A stretch of 64,000 nt of DNA from Candidatus Poribacteria bacterium. Its GTDB lineage: Bacteria > Poribacteria > WGA-4E > WGA-3G. The translations under genes were made by a program, and so were the position numbers. The stretch is from NCBI GenBank assembly GCA_965215265.1, contig OZ244048.1, positions 256,001 through 320,000 on the forward strand, in the 5' to 3' direction. Shown here piece by piece: positions 51,594 to 61,916 of the stretch. Within the stretch, counting starts at the first letter, position 1. Every line of letters starts with the position of its first letter. Under the pieces are notes generated by a model. That model was not told the DNA's origin and did no database searches. It worked only from the letters and a program-made list of their open reading frames with translations.

Positions 51594-51725
51594 TAAAAGA
51601 TAAAACATGTGAAGCACCTGTCACGAACGTTTTTAAAATATCTATGATACTCGTGATTGCCTAAACTTTGAGCAAAAAGGCGACATTGTGGAGAAACAAC
51701 TTCGTTGGTCTGATCGGAGGAAAAG

Positions 51726-54700
51726 ATGAATAGTAGAGAGAGCTACGCGGAATTACAGTCAAAGATTTTAGGAGCGCGGCGCGTCTGGAAACGGAGTCTA
51801 TTCTGGACCGGTGCCGCTATCGTTTTAATAGGAGTAGTGGCAGTAGTAGTCGGGGAATCCTTGGTCGATTGGTTGATGCCGCTGCCGAGCCCGGTCCGGA
51901 TTGTTTTGCTTGGAGGCATCTTACTTGCAGCATGCTATCTACTTTACAGATACCTCATTCAACCACTACGTGCGTCCCTCACGCTGCGCGATGTCGCCCT
52001 TAATGTGGAACGTAACCATCCTAACCTTGAAGATAGACTGGTGAGTGCTGTGCAATTTGGGAATCGCGAGCCGACCGATGAAATAGAAGCGCACATGCTG
52101 GGACGGCTGCTTGAGGATACGACGCAACGTGTAAAAGGCATAGATTTTAAAGCGACAATAGACCACAGTCGGACGCGGAAGTCGGTCGGTATTGCATTTT
52201 TGTGCCTCACTGTTTGCGCGCTTCTTTCACTGCTATTTCCGACAGAAATCCATACGAGCCTGCTGCGGGTGTTCGTGCCTTGGGAAAAAACAGATCCAAT
52301 TCTGATGACGAAACTCGCTGTGGCACCAGGAAACGCTCGCATATTGAGTGGCAAAAGCGTGCCAATTCAGGTTACCGTGACGGGTAAGTCTGCTGACAAG
52401 GTTGTCTTGGTTTATGAAAAACCGGGTAGAGTGGCACCGGTAGATGGTCAAAACGCGTCCGTTAGCACGGAACAAGAGATTAATATGGTGCAAGACCCGG
52501 AGGATAGACGCGATTTTGGTTATGAAATTTTCAACATTACTGCGGACATGGAATACTATGTTAAAGCGAATGAGGTGATATCAGAACGTTTTACGGTTGA
52601 AGTCTTTGAAATGCCGAGAATGGACGAAATCTCTGTGGCTTATACCTATCCTGACTATACCGGACTCAAACCTGTTGTACAACAAGGGAATGGTGATATC
52701 CGCACAGTGGTAGGTACACAAGCAGAGATCCGGCTTAAAACGAACAAGGCCATCCAAACCGCAAAGTTCACGGTTCATGATAATACCACGCGAGATGTCT
52801 CCGTTATTCAAGAGAAAGATTCGGAGGTACAGGTGCCGAATCAGATTGAAATGGAAATCTTTGATGGCATGACGCTTACTACAACGTTAGATGTTCAAGC
52901 AGATGGCCGTTACACTGTCGAACTTCTGTGTATTGATGGTTTTAAGAATGAAGTTCCGATTAAATACACGATTAAGGCAGTTCCGGATGGTGCCCCCGAA
53001 GTAGTTATCAAAGAGCCCGGGCGAGATGTGAAAGCGACAAAACTTGAAGAAGTGCAGGTCGTCGCCGAGGCGAAGGACGACTATGGCGTTGAACGGTTAT
53101 CGCTGATGTATAGCGTTGGCTCTGGCGATGTGCAGGAACTGGCGATGGAAACGGCTGATGTAGAAGAAAAGAATCTCCGCAGAGGCAGTTACACCTTCTA
53201 TCTAGAAGAGTTTGACGTGGAGCCGGGGGAAATCATTTCATACTATGCCCAAGCGACCGATAACAACACGCTCACAGGGCCTGGAGAGGCGAGCAGTGAT
53301 ATCTACTTCATTGAGGTGCGGCCGTTTAATGAACGCTTTCAAGAAGCCGAGGCACAGCAAGGGCAGCCTGAACTGAACCCACTCCGGGAGATACTTGCAT
53401 CCCAAAAACAGGTTATTCGCGAAACGTGGAAGCACATCAATGGGCAGCCTCCAACGGTCACAGAAGAATATAGATTTGCCGTTAAGAAAACCGGTGAGAA
53501 GCAGTCGGACATCAAGCAGAAAACGCAGCGATTGGTAGACGAAATTAGCATGGCGATGCAGACAGAGGCAGTGTCACCAGAAATTTTGATGAATTTGGAA
53601 GAGGCAGTTGACAAAATGGGTGCAGCAAGCGATAGCCTGCACGCCATCCAACCGGAAGTGGCGATGCCCCCTGAACAAGACGCACTTGAGCTCCTACTCA
53701 AGGTGAGTCTTGAACTCCCCAAGGTTTTGACACAGATGCGGAATAGTAATCCACAACTCGCAGAAAACCTTGAACTTGAATTGGAGGACTTGCAAAGCGA
53801 AATTCAGCAAGACCAAAATGAATTGGATCAGGCGATGCAAGAACAGACGCAAGAGATGTTAGAACAGGCACGTGATATGTTGGAGCAGCAAGAACAGTTG
53901 AATGAACAGAGTCAGCAGTTAGGACGGGAAAGTCAACCTTCGCCGAGTGAAATGCAGCAGAATAGCCAGCAACAGGGGCAGCTATCCGAGCAAGCCGGTA
54001 ATATGGCACAGCGGCTAAATCAGATGCAGCAAAATAGTCAACCGAGTGGGGAGCAGCGCGCTGACAGATATGGGCAAGCAGGGCAAGCCATGCAACAGGC
54101 CGGACAACAGATGGAACAAGCAGCACAAGGGATGGAACAGCAGACACCGCAATTAAGTGCTGCTAAAGGTGAACAAGCCGCCGTGCAGCTTGAAGACGCG
54201 ATTGAACAGCTGGAGAAAGTTGCTGCTGAATTCACAGAGGATACGCTTGAAAGAGCAATGCAGCAGCTGCAGCAGTTGACAGCTGACCAATCCGCTGTTC
54301 AACAGCAGACAAAAGCGCTGAGGAATCAGTCTGAAAATTCGGATATGCAGCCTGAAGATTTTCAGCAAGCCTCTGAAGTTGCAAATCAACAGCGGACGCT
54401 TCAGCGGGATTTGGAATCCCTCGAAAGCACACTTCAAAGTCTGCATGAGCAGCTGAGTCAGACGAATCCAGAGGCGGCGCGAAACGTTGCGGATGCAACC
54501 CGTCGATTTGCGGAGGAGAGTACCACCGAAGATATGGCAACCGCACAGCGCGCGTTGCAATGGAGGAGCTTCAGGGCCGCTGAGCAAAATCAGCAGGAAG
54601 CCTTGCAAGCGCTTGAACAAGCACAAAACGACTTGCAACAGGCGAGAGCGAATATGGCAACGACAGAAGCAGAACAGTTGGAAGCCGCACTTGAACAACT

Positions 54701-55166
54701 CCAACGTTTAGAAGAACAGATGCAGGACATTCAACGTGAACTCCAAGCGATGGAGGGGCAAGAGCAGGCACCGGAGCAACAGGAGCGGATGCAGGAGCTC
54801 GCAGAACAGCAGAGGCAGATTCAGGAACGGATGGAACAGGCACAGCAAGCAATGCAAAATGGACAACAGCCGGGCCAGGACGAAGTCGAAAATCCGCTCG
54901 CGCGCGCAGGACGTGAATCAGACCAGGAAATTAAGGAATTGTGGTTGGACCTCCTGAACAGTATGGAGCATTATCCGAGTAATCGTTCTCGGCCATTCCC
55001 GAACTATGAGTTGGTTATCCGTGACTTGCAGAAACTTGAGGCGGCCCTGGAGGACCGGCTCAATGTACTTCAAGAGAAAAAGCGGCTCTCACAAGTGACA
55101 AAAGAGAATGTTCCGCCTGAATACCGGAGACTTGTTGATAATTATTATGAGTCGTTATCAGAGTAA
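51726..55166 (+). CDS. DUF4175-family membrane-anchored coiled-coil protein
   Basis: Three N-terminal TM helices, LEDRLVSAVQF, Ig-like domains, AKDDYGV, Gln-rich coiled coil, ends VPPEYRRLVDNYYESL. Confidence 0.82.
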   Translation: MNSRESYAELQSKILGARRVWKRSLFWTGAAIVLIGVVAVVVGESLVDWLMPLPSPVRIVLLGGILLAACYLLYRYLIQPLRASLTLRDVALNVERNHPNLEDRLVSAVQFGNREPTDEIEAHMLGRLLEDTTQRVKGIDFKATIDHSRTRKSVGIAFLCLTVCALLSLLFPTEIHTSLLRVFVPWEKTDPILMTKLAVAPGNARILSGKSVPIQVTVTGKSADKVVLVYEKPGRVAPVDGQNASVSTEQEINMVQDPEDRRDFGYEIFNITADMEYYVKANEVISERFTVEVFEMPRMDEISVAYTYPDYTGLKPVVQQGNGDIRTVVGTQAEIRLKTNKAIQTAKFTVHDNTTRDVSVIQEKDSEVQVPNQIEMEIFDGMTLTTTLDVQADGRYTVELLCIDGFKNEVPIKYTIKAVPDGAPEVVIKEPGRDVKATKLEEVQVVAEAKDDYGVERLSLMYSVGSGDVQELAMETADVEEKNLRRGSYTFYLEEFDVEPGEIISYYAQATDNNTLTGPGEASSDIYFIEVRPFNERFQEAEAQQGQPELNPLREILASQKQVIRETWKHINGQPPTVTEEYRFAVKKTGEKQSDIKQKTQRLVDEISMAMQTEAVSPEILMNLEEAVDKMGAASDSLHAIQPEVAMPPEQDALELLLKVSLELPKVLTQMRNSNPQLAENLELELEDLQSEIQQDQNELDQAMQEQTQEMLEQARDMLEQQEQLNEQSQQLGRESQPSPSEMQQNSQQQGQLSEQAGNMAQRLNQMQQNSQPSGEQRADRYGQAGQAMQQAGQQMEQAAQGMEQQTPQLSAAKGEQAAVQLEDAIEQLEKVAAEFTEDTLERAMQQLQQLTADQSAVQQQTKALRNQSENSDMQPEDFQQASEVANQQRTLQRDLESLESTLQSLHEQLSQTNPEAARNVADATRRFAEESTTEDMATAQRALQWRSFRAAEQNQQEALQALEQAQNDLQQARANMATTEAEQLEAALEQLQRLEEQMQDIQRELQAMEGQEQAPEQQERMQELAEQQRQIQERMEQAQQAMQNGQQPGQDEVENPLARAGRESDQEIKELWLDLLNSMEHYPSNRSRPFPNYELVIRDLQKLEAALEDRLNVLQEKKRLSQVTKENVPPEYRRLVDNYYESLSE

Positions 55167-55213
55167 GCACAGCCAAGTGGCATTGGGCTTCATGTCCGAA
55201 ACGGAGGAATCTT

Positions 55214-56020
55214 ATGCCAGAACCTTTTATTGTAGAGCCGGGCAGTCATGTTCGGTTGAAATCTATTGACCCTGGTTACACAGCGCATTATCAAAAAAAG
55301 GGAGAGACGAAAGCGCCCTTGAAAAAACTTCTGAAGGAGATGCGGAGACTTCAAGGCTTACTCTATGCAGAAAGCAAGCGCTCACTTCTGATTATTCTGC
55401 AAGGCATGGATACTTGCGGAAAGGACGGGACAATTCGCGGTGTGATGGCCGGTATCAATGTGCAAGGGTGTAATGTTGTCAATTTCAAGGTCCCGTCCGT
55501 CGATGAAGCCGCTCGAGATTTTCTCTGGCGAGCGCATAAAGTCGTGCCGCCCAACGGGAAAATAGGAATTTTCAACCGGTCGCATTATGAAGATGTGCTT
55601 GTCCCCCGGGTGCATGCGCTTGTTCCAGAACGTGTTTGGACCCAACGGTATCAGCAGATTAACGATTTTGAGAAGATGTTGGTAGAAAATGGGACGGTTG
55701 TGCTCAAATTTTTCCTGCACATTTCAAAAACAGAACAGAAAGAACGGCTTGAATCCCGGATGAAGGATGCGACAAAACAGTGGAAAATTCAGGAATCCGA
55801 TATACGCGATCGTGCCTACTGGTACGATTATTGGGAAGCGTACGAGGCAGTGTTTGATAGGTGTAGCACCGAATACGCTCCCTGGCACATCGTTTCGGCA
55901 AACAAGAAATGGTATCGCAACTTAGTAATTGCTGAGTTCCTGATTAAAACCCTAAAGGGATTGGACATGAAGTATCCTGCTCCGGCTTTTGACTTTTCAA
56001 AAGTTGTTATTGACGATTGA
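55214..56020 (+). CDS. ppk2: Polyphosphate kinase 2 family (class III-like)
   Basis: QGMDTCGKDG, FNRSHYEDVL, KFFLHISK, PWHIVSANKKWYRN. Confidence 0.93.
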   Translation: MPEPFIVEPGSHVRLKSIDPGYTAHYQKKGETKAPLKKLLKEMRRLQGLLYAESKRSLLIILQGMDTCGKDGTIRGVMAGINVQGCNVVNFKVPSVDEAARDFLWRAHKVVPPNGKIGIFNRSHYEDVLVPRVHALVPERVWTQRYQQINDFEKMLVENGTVVLKFFLHISKTEQKERLESRMKDATKQWKIQESDIRDRAYWYDYWEAYEAVFDRCSTEYAPWHIVSANKKWYRNLVIAEFLIKTLKGLDMKYPAPAFDFSKVVIDD

Positions 56021-56341
56021 ATTTTACGCGAGCCGGAGATTGTTTACACTCCTACCCCCGCAAGCAAGCGGAAAATGTTATCTGAATGAGGATTTTCAGG
56101 AGAAAAGCCGGGCGGGATATGATGCGGATGCAGTGTAGGCGTTCTGTTCTATAATAGAGCACGGCGTTGGAGGAGAAGAAGGGATATCGCGTTCAGGTGA
56201 TTGCCAGTTTCCGGAAACAGGCGCGGAGCCGGTGAAAAACCGCAGTATTGAGATTAGCAACTCGGTCCGAAAACGGACGATAAATCCCTAGACTGCTTTT
56301 ATATAAATTGTCTCTATCATCAAGAGGCGAAGGAGCATTAG

Positions 56342-57121
56342 ATGCTTTCAAAACAGCAGTTGTCCCAATTTGAGGAGCAAGGATATCTACTGCTTTCTGG
56401 ATTGATTCCGGCAGAAACTGTGAAAAAAGCAGAAGAAACGATGTGGAAACTGATGGGGATGGATGCGGCAGATACGGATTCATGGCAGCGTTTCCAACGT
56501 CCTCCGCTCTCCGGTTTTTACATGGAGCAGCTGTCAAATGGGAACCGTATTGAACTTTTCGGTGTGACGCATCCTGATGTGTTGGCGTGTTGCACGCAAG
56601 ATTACCGCTTGGTGCTGCGTCAACTTACAAGGCGATATCCAGACATTCCGCACTGTCAGAGCAAGTCGCCGGACGGAATCTGGGCCCTCAATCAATTTCC
56701 AGTTTCTGCATCTTGGAAATCTCCAAATCCACACTTAGACGGGGACTTCAGGGATTTGCGACTCGACCCTGGAAGTTTTCGAGCCACGAGTTTAACGTAT
56801 CTGACCGGCGCACCTTCCCACGGTGGGACCACGATGATCTGGCCCCAGGGCCCCCAGCGCATTCGGGATTTTCGCAAAAAACATCCGGAGTTCTCCAATC
56901 ACGTTCGAGATGTCCGAGCAATGTTTCCGGATATGGACTTGGGTGAACCGACGGAGGTCACGGCAAAACCGGGTGATGTCCTCTTTTTCCACCACCTACT
57001 GCCCCACTCCGGAACGATAAATGTTAGTTCCTCACCTCGCTTTGCAATTCGGTATATGTGTCTCTGTCTTGACTGTCAAGTGTGGCAAAAAAAGGGCGAA
57101 TGGAATATCTGGATGCCGTAG
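56342..57121 (+). CDS. PhyH-family Fe(II)/2OG dioxygenase (canonical HxD)
   Basis: FEEQGYL, PHLD, KPGDVLFFHHLLPHS…R. Confidence 0.85.
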   Translation: MLSKQQLSQFEEQGYLLLSGLIPAETVKKAEETMWKLMGMDAADTDSWQRFQRPPLSGFYMEQLSNGNRIELFGVTHPDVLACCTQDYRLVLRQLTRRYPDIPHCQSKSPDGIWALNQFPVSASWKSPNPHLDGDFRDLRLDPGSFRATSLTYLTGAPSHGGTTMIWPQGPQRIRDFRKKHPEFSNHVRDVRAMFPDMDLGEPTEVTAKPGDVLFFHHLLPHSGTINVSSSPRFAIRYMCLCLDCQVWQKKGEWNIWMP

Positions 57122-57156
57122 AGAACCGAAAATTTCAGTAACATATAGGAGAAAAA

Positions 57157-57888
57157 ATGAGGAATGTTTTCATAAAGTCGCTGGCAGCTTTTGTTGTTTT
57201 AAGCCTCGCTTTTGTCATCAATTCAACGGCACAGGAAGTATCGGTACAGACTGGATTCGAGGAATTTACCGTCGGTAAGCCGCCCCCAGACTGGGAAACG
57301 CTGGGGGGCGATTTTGAAGTGACTGGCGACACTGTCAAAACCGACAAAAAATCACTCGCCATCCTTGGCGGTGCAGATGGAGATGGACTGGGCGTGCCGA
57401 TAGAAACCGAGAATCCTGTTATCTCTGTGGAATTCTGGGTTTCTATTGAGAGTGGCGGCCGTTCTTTCAATATCAAAGTTGCGTCCGCGGACAATATCGG
57501 GGAAAACAACGGCTGCACCTATATTAACTGGGATGCCGGTATTGTTCGCCTCTACGATGGTGCGGCGTGGCAGCCTATTGGCGATTTTGAAACTGATACA
57601 TGGAAATACGTCTGGATTGTCGCGAATTTTGACAAGAGTGAATTTGACTTCTATGTAGGAGATAGCCGGAACGCGACGTTGACTGCCAAACCGGAAAAAG
57701 GACTTGCGTTTCGGAACGCTGCCCTGGGTCCCGTTGCAAAGTGGGTTGTCTTCTATGTCTGGGGTATGACAGCCCCTGGTTACGTGGACGATTTGCTTAT
57801 CTACGAAGGGGACGAGCCCGTGAACCTTGCCGTTGATCCGGATGAAAAACTCGCGACGACGTGGGGACAAGTTAAAGACTTACTATAG
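57157..57888 (+). CDS. Secreted beta-sandwich protein with Poribacteria-type C-terminal motif
   Basis: Signal peptide; GFEE…W, YVDDLLIY; ends AVDPDEKLATTWGQVK. Confidence 0.75.
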   Translation: MRNVFIKSLAAFVVLSLAFVINSTAQEVSVQTGFEEFTVGKPPPDWETLGGDFEVTGDTVKTDKKSLAILGGADGDGLGVPIETENPVISVEFWVSIESGGRSFNIKVASADNIGENNGCTYINWDAGIVRLYDGAAWQPIGDFETDTWKYVWIVANFDKSEFDFYVGDSRNATLTAKPEKGLAFRNAALGPVAKWVVFYVWGMTAPGYVDDLLIYEGDEPVNLAVDPDEKLATTWGQVKDLL

Positions 57889-57925
57889 GTGCACAAGTCA
57901 CCTATCCTGAAAAACCGGAGAGATC

Positions 57926-58744
57926 ATGAAAAGTAATGAGACGATTTGTCTAACGGCTGCCCAACGGCTACACTTCGACATCTATGGCTTTGTGTTACTT
58001 GAGGACGTTCTGAGTATCGATGAAATCTCACGGATGAAAAATGCGCTCTACCGGATAAAAGCCGATGAAAACCTCGACTGCAAACGCGTCTACATGCGCC
58101 CGGGTGGCGCACATCACGTGCTGTTCGGAAATTTGGTTGAATATGATGCGGCCTTATTGGAATACGCCGCGCACCCGAAACTCGTACCGCTTGTTGAAGA
58201 GGTCGTCGGCGGTGCCGTACGCCTTGAGGAAACTGAGGCCATTATCAACCGGCGGAACCCAGAAGTAGATATCGAACAACTCCACAAACGCCGCTATAAC
58301 CCGACCGGGTTCCACCGAGGCACGCAACACGGGTGGGGTACCTATATTGAACAAAACAAGTATCACTGCATCTTTGTGAAGACATTGGCTTACCTGACGG
58401 ATGTCGGTCCCGATGATGGGGGAACATGTGTGATTCCCGGAAGTCACCGTTTGACGTGGCCGCAAAATGAGATGATTGAAGCCGCCTTGGCGGATGACAA
58501 ACTGATTCATCAAGTAGAGGCATCAGCAGGTTCAGTGCTTCTTTTTGCGGAGGCGTTGATCCACAGTACGACAGCCATTCGGAGTGACAGGGAGCGTGTG
58601 ATTTTAATCGCGGGGTACACGCCGCCGATGGTGCGCGAGTGGCCGGGGAACGAGGTCAGTGCCGAATTTGTTGAGACACTTCCAGAGGAACTCCGTCCGC
58701 TCATTTCCGGGAGTGATAGTTGGCATTGGAAACGGCGGTATTGA
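57926..58744 (+). CDS. PhyH-family Fe(II)/2OG enzyme
   Basis: QRLHFDIYGFV, YLTDVGPDDGGTCVIPGSH, AGSVLLFAEALIHS…R. Confidence 0.88.
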   Translation: MKSNETICLTAAQRLHFDIYGFVLLEDVLSIDEISRMKNALYRIKADENLDCKRVYMRPGGAHHVLFGNLVEYDAALLEYAAHPKLVPLVEEVVGGAVRLEETEAIINRRNPEVDIEQLHKRRYNPTGFHRGTQHGWGTYIEQNKYHCIFVKTLAYLTDVGPDDGGTCVIPGSHRLTWPQNEMIEAALADDKLIHQVEASAGSVLLFAEALIHSTTAIRSDRERVILIAGYTPPMVREWPGNEVSAEFVETLPEELRPLISGSDSWHWKRRY

Positions 58745-58764
58745 GGCGGCTATAAGCATCCACC

Positions 58765-60136
58765 CTACGAAAAAAGGAAACGGCGGTGGCGTATTAAGGC
58801 TGCTAACGAGTCGCTACTGAAGGAATTCCACTCTGTTTGATCGACAAATAGGTATTCCCATTGCACCTGCGATGCCTCAGATGCGGCTTGACCCCAGGAA
58901 CGCCCCGCGTGTGCTTTTTGCTTAGCATTCACATCAGGAAAGCCTTTCGTCTCCACTAAGAAATAGGTCCCGCTAATAGCTCGGACAAAGAAATCAGGGA
59001 TATAGCGGGCGATTCTGCCTTCAACGTTCAGATAATCGATCCGAAGTGCTTGCGGTCCGGCGTTTTTGGCAAAAGCAACGACATCTATTGCCTGCTCTAA
59101 CCAGTGGACAAACTGCTTTTCAAAATGGCGCTGACATGGTACTAAATTGAACATCGTCTTATTTGCAGTAACGACGGGGTTCCGTTCACTCGCCGTGAAC
59201 GGGTACGGTTGCCATGTAGACAACCGCATCGGTGCCGTTTCAAAGGCACGCCTCTTGCGCGTCTCCGTTAGTCGCTCTGAAATTAAGGGGGCAAACACAG
59301 CGTGGATACGTTGGGCAACATCATCATCGCTGAGGCGCTGAATGAGGCGCGCGTCAGTCAGTGTTACTTTTTCTTCAAAGAGCATCTCTGTGAGAAATTG
59401 TGCCAAGAGCGGTGCAATAATCGGGTGTAGTATCGGCGGGAGACAACAGACGCGCTCTAACTGTTTGACGAAATAAGAGATGGCTGTCCAACCGTTTTCA
59501 AGGAGCGGAAGGTGAAACGTCATCCATTCAACGAGCTGATTGGTGATGAGGTGGCGCCCTATGTATTCAGCGGTTTGTGGGTTTGCTAATGAGAGTTTGG
59601 GCAGCTCAGCACACCGCCCTTCAACATCCCGGCGGTTGATAGCGTCAAGTGCAACAGGATTTAGCCGGTGTGCATCGGAGATGCACGGAATTTCAATATC
59701 AAGTGCAGGAATCTGTTCCGGGTAGATTGAAGCAACGGTGGATTTGATGGTGGTCGGGTTTTGGATAATTGGGGTGACTCCTTCTATTCCGAGTGCCTCT
59801 TGATATAAAGTGTTAAACGCCGGATGCTCAATGACGACAACTGTCTCAGCGACTTCCGTCGTGCCGGGGTGTGATTCTGCGTAAGCCTCTACCGAGTGTC
59901 TGTTCCGGCAAGATTTTGGAGTCGGCTGTAAACGGCCGAAGCGGCACAATTACTGTGACGTTTTTGACATCCCATCCTTCTCGTAACATGAGTACAGAGA
60001 CGATGCAAGCATAGGGGTTCTGATTGCTATCCAGTTCTCTGCTCAGCTTGCGGAGGGCCTTCAGCTCCGTGTTGCTCATCTGTTTTTCGTTTTCAATGAA
60101 CTCGCCGTGCTTGTTGATTTTTCCCTTTAGGTTTGT
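58765..60136 (-). pseudogene. Type III-like restriction helicase/nuclease remnant (5'-deleted, frameshift near 59870)
   Basis: VLMLREGWDV, ILPEQTLGRGLRR, EHPAF, YIPDFFV…LVETKG split over two frames; no Walker A/DEAD N-terminal half. Confidence 0.78.
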
Positions 60137-60361
60137 TCGGAAGTCATCTTGACGCTGGGTTTGCCTCTCCAAGAGTTCGTCTTGTCCACTGGCGAGTGCC
60201 TCGCTGCGTGGCTGGTCAACCTGTTCGATGTGTTGGAGGGGTAGCGTTGCGGCGTTGATGTCAATGGGCCGTCTGTTGCCCTATTCGTCGTATTTGCCCT
60301 CCCAGATCAGTTCGGTTTTGCGAGTGGAGAGCGGATGCGGGTGGTCTGCGGTGTATTTCAT
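60137..60361 (-). pseudogene. N-terminal remnant of a Type III-like DNA methyltransferase
   Basis: MKYTADHPHPLSTRKTELIWEGKYDE*GNRRPIDI…IEQVDQPRSEA…DDFR; in-frame TAG at 60281-60283. Confidence 0.65.
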
Positions 60362-60404
60362 GCGTGGTGCCTTTCTGTTGTGGGTTGTTGGTTTTAGACT
60401 TTTA

Positions 60405-61916
60405 TTACGCACCTGAGGTACGCGGCATCCAAAGTGGTTCCTTCCCCATTTCTGCAAACAATAGCTTCATTATTAAGTCAGCCTTCAAATCTGCATGCGT
60501 AGGAGAGTTCCAGAGGTTGTTGATTTCCGTTGGGTCTTCTTGAAGGTCAAACAGTTCACCGTAATCACGGTTGTAATAGACGGTAATTTTATACCGCTTG
60601 TCGACGTAGGTTTTGACGTGTACGGTTGTCGGTTCATGATGGTTCTCTACGATAACGTGTTCTCGAGCATGTGCCTGCTGTCCGTACCAGATAGGTGTCT
60701 GATCTTCGCCGGTCATTGGACGTGGAATGTCAAGCCCGGCAGCGCTAAGGAACGACGGTGCTAAGTCTACGAGACTCTGCAAGGCATCAGATTCTACACC
60801 CGCAGGTACAACGCCCGGATAGCGTACGAGGAAGGGTACTCGAATTACGTCTTCATAGTGGAACGCGCCTTTTGCGACAAGCCCGTGCTGCCCGTAAAAA
60901 TGCCCGTGGTCGGAGGTGAAAACGACGAGCGTGTTATCGGCAAGTCCGAGCTCGTCAAGTTTCGCCAAGATTTTCCCGATGTACTTGTCCATGAGGCTCA
61001 CCATGGCGTAGTAGATAGCGATGTCTTTAGCGAGTTCGTCTCTATCCCGTAGATGCGAGTTGAAACCGTGAACGCCCTTTCCGCTTTCACGCCATGCGGA
61101 GAAATCTGGTTTTGGCTGTTGTGTTAATTGGAAATGAGGTGGATTGTTCTGATGTTCGCCTGCGGTTACGGAAGGGACGGTGATATCTGCTGGGTTGTAC
61201 ATCATATCCCATGGTTGAGGCACCAGATATTTAGGATGCGGATCGAAGAAACTCGCCCACAAGAAAAAATTCTCGCTGTTCTGTTGATATTGTTCCATTA
61301 ATGCATTCGTGCGTTCTGCTATCCACGTATCGTAATGATATTCTTCAGGAATGAGCCATTTGCGACGTTGGTTTCGGTTATTTCCTGTGGGTGGCAGGAA
61401 ATAGTCACGCCAATTTGTGCAGCCCTTCTCCTCCATCCAGATAGCGTAGTGCTGTCCGACGTGTGCTTCATCGGTATGATTCCGCGCGAGTTCGACATGC
61501 TCGAACCCGTAGAAGGGTTGGTTGAAGTTGCGCCAAAAGTCCAAATCTTGCAAAATCGGATAGGATTCGAGAGATTGGAATTCCTCTGTGCCGTGCAGCG
61601 GTTGAAAATGTGCTTTTCCTACGAGTGCGGTTCGGTATCCGGCCTGGGTGAAATCTTGGCCGACGGTGTGCTCTGTCTCAGAGAGTTTTGTCCCTAATGA
61701 CCAGGCCCCGTGTTGGCTCGGATATTTGCCGGTGATAATGGATGCCCGCGTCGGCGTACAGGTAGGATTGGGGCAATAAGCACGGTGAAATAAGGTGCCT
61801 TGGCTGGCTAATGCATCCAAGTGCGGTGTCCGGATTTCCGGATTGAGACATCCCAAGGTGTTCCAATGCTGCTGGTCACTGGTGATGAGTAAGATATTGG
61901 GTCTATCTTTTGCCAT
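60405..61916 (-). CDS. Cys-type (formylglycine) sulfatase
   Basis: PNILLITSDQ, CTPTR (CxPxR), GKAH, DPH, FTSDHG, ELFDLQEDPTE. Confidence 0.93.
   Translation of the reverse strand: MAKDRPNILLITSDQQHWNTLGCLNPEIRTPHLDALASQGTLFHRAYCPNPTCTPTRASIITGKYPSQHGAWSLGTKLSETEHTVGQDFTQAGYRTALVGKAHFQPLHGTEEFQSLESYPILQDLDFWRNFNQPFYGFEHVELARNHTDEAHVGQHYAIWMEEKGCTNWRDYFLPPTGNNRNQRRKWLIPEEYHYDTWIAERTNALMEQYQQNSENFFLWASFFDPHPKYLVPQPWDMMYNPADITVPSVTAGEHQNNPPHFQLTQQPKPDFSAWRESGKGVHGFNSHLRDRDELAKDIAIYYAMVSLMDKYIGKILAKLDELGLADNTLVVFTSDHGHFYGQHGLVAKGAFHYEDVIRVPFLVRYPGVVPAGVESDALQSLVDLAPSFLSAAGLDIPRPMTGEDQTPIWYGQQAHAREHVIVENHHEPTTVHVKTYVDKRYKITVYYNRDYGELFDLQEDPTEINNLWNSPTHADLKADLIMKLLFAEMGKEPLWMPRTSGA

Noticed and set aside
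53700-54900. CAG-rich stretch as a DNA repeat element
   Set aside because: It reflects the Gln-rich coiled coil of the DUF4175 protein
56020-56340. Possible riboswitch or ncRNA upstream of the PhyH gene
   Set aside because: No recognisable consensus or convincing stem by eye
27984-60283. In-frame stops (TAG 27984, TAA 51224, TAG 60281) as stop-codon recoding or pyrrolysine
   Set aside because: The stop types are mixed, TAG ends normal genes such as nuoH, atpG and atpD, and no pyl genes are seen; decay or sequencing error is simpler
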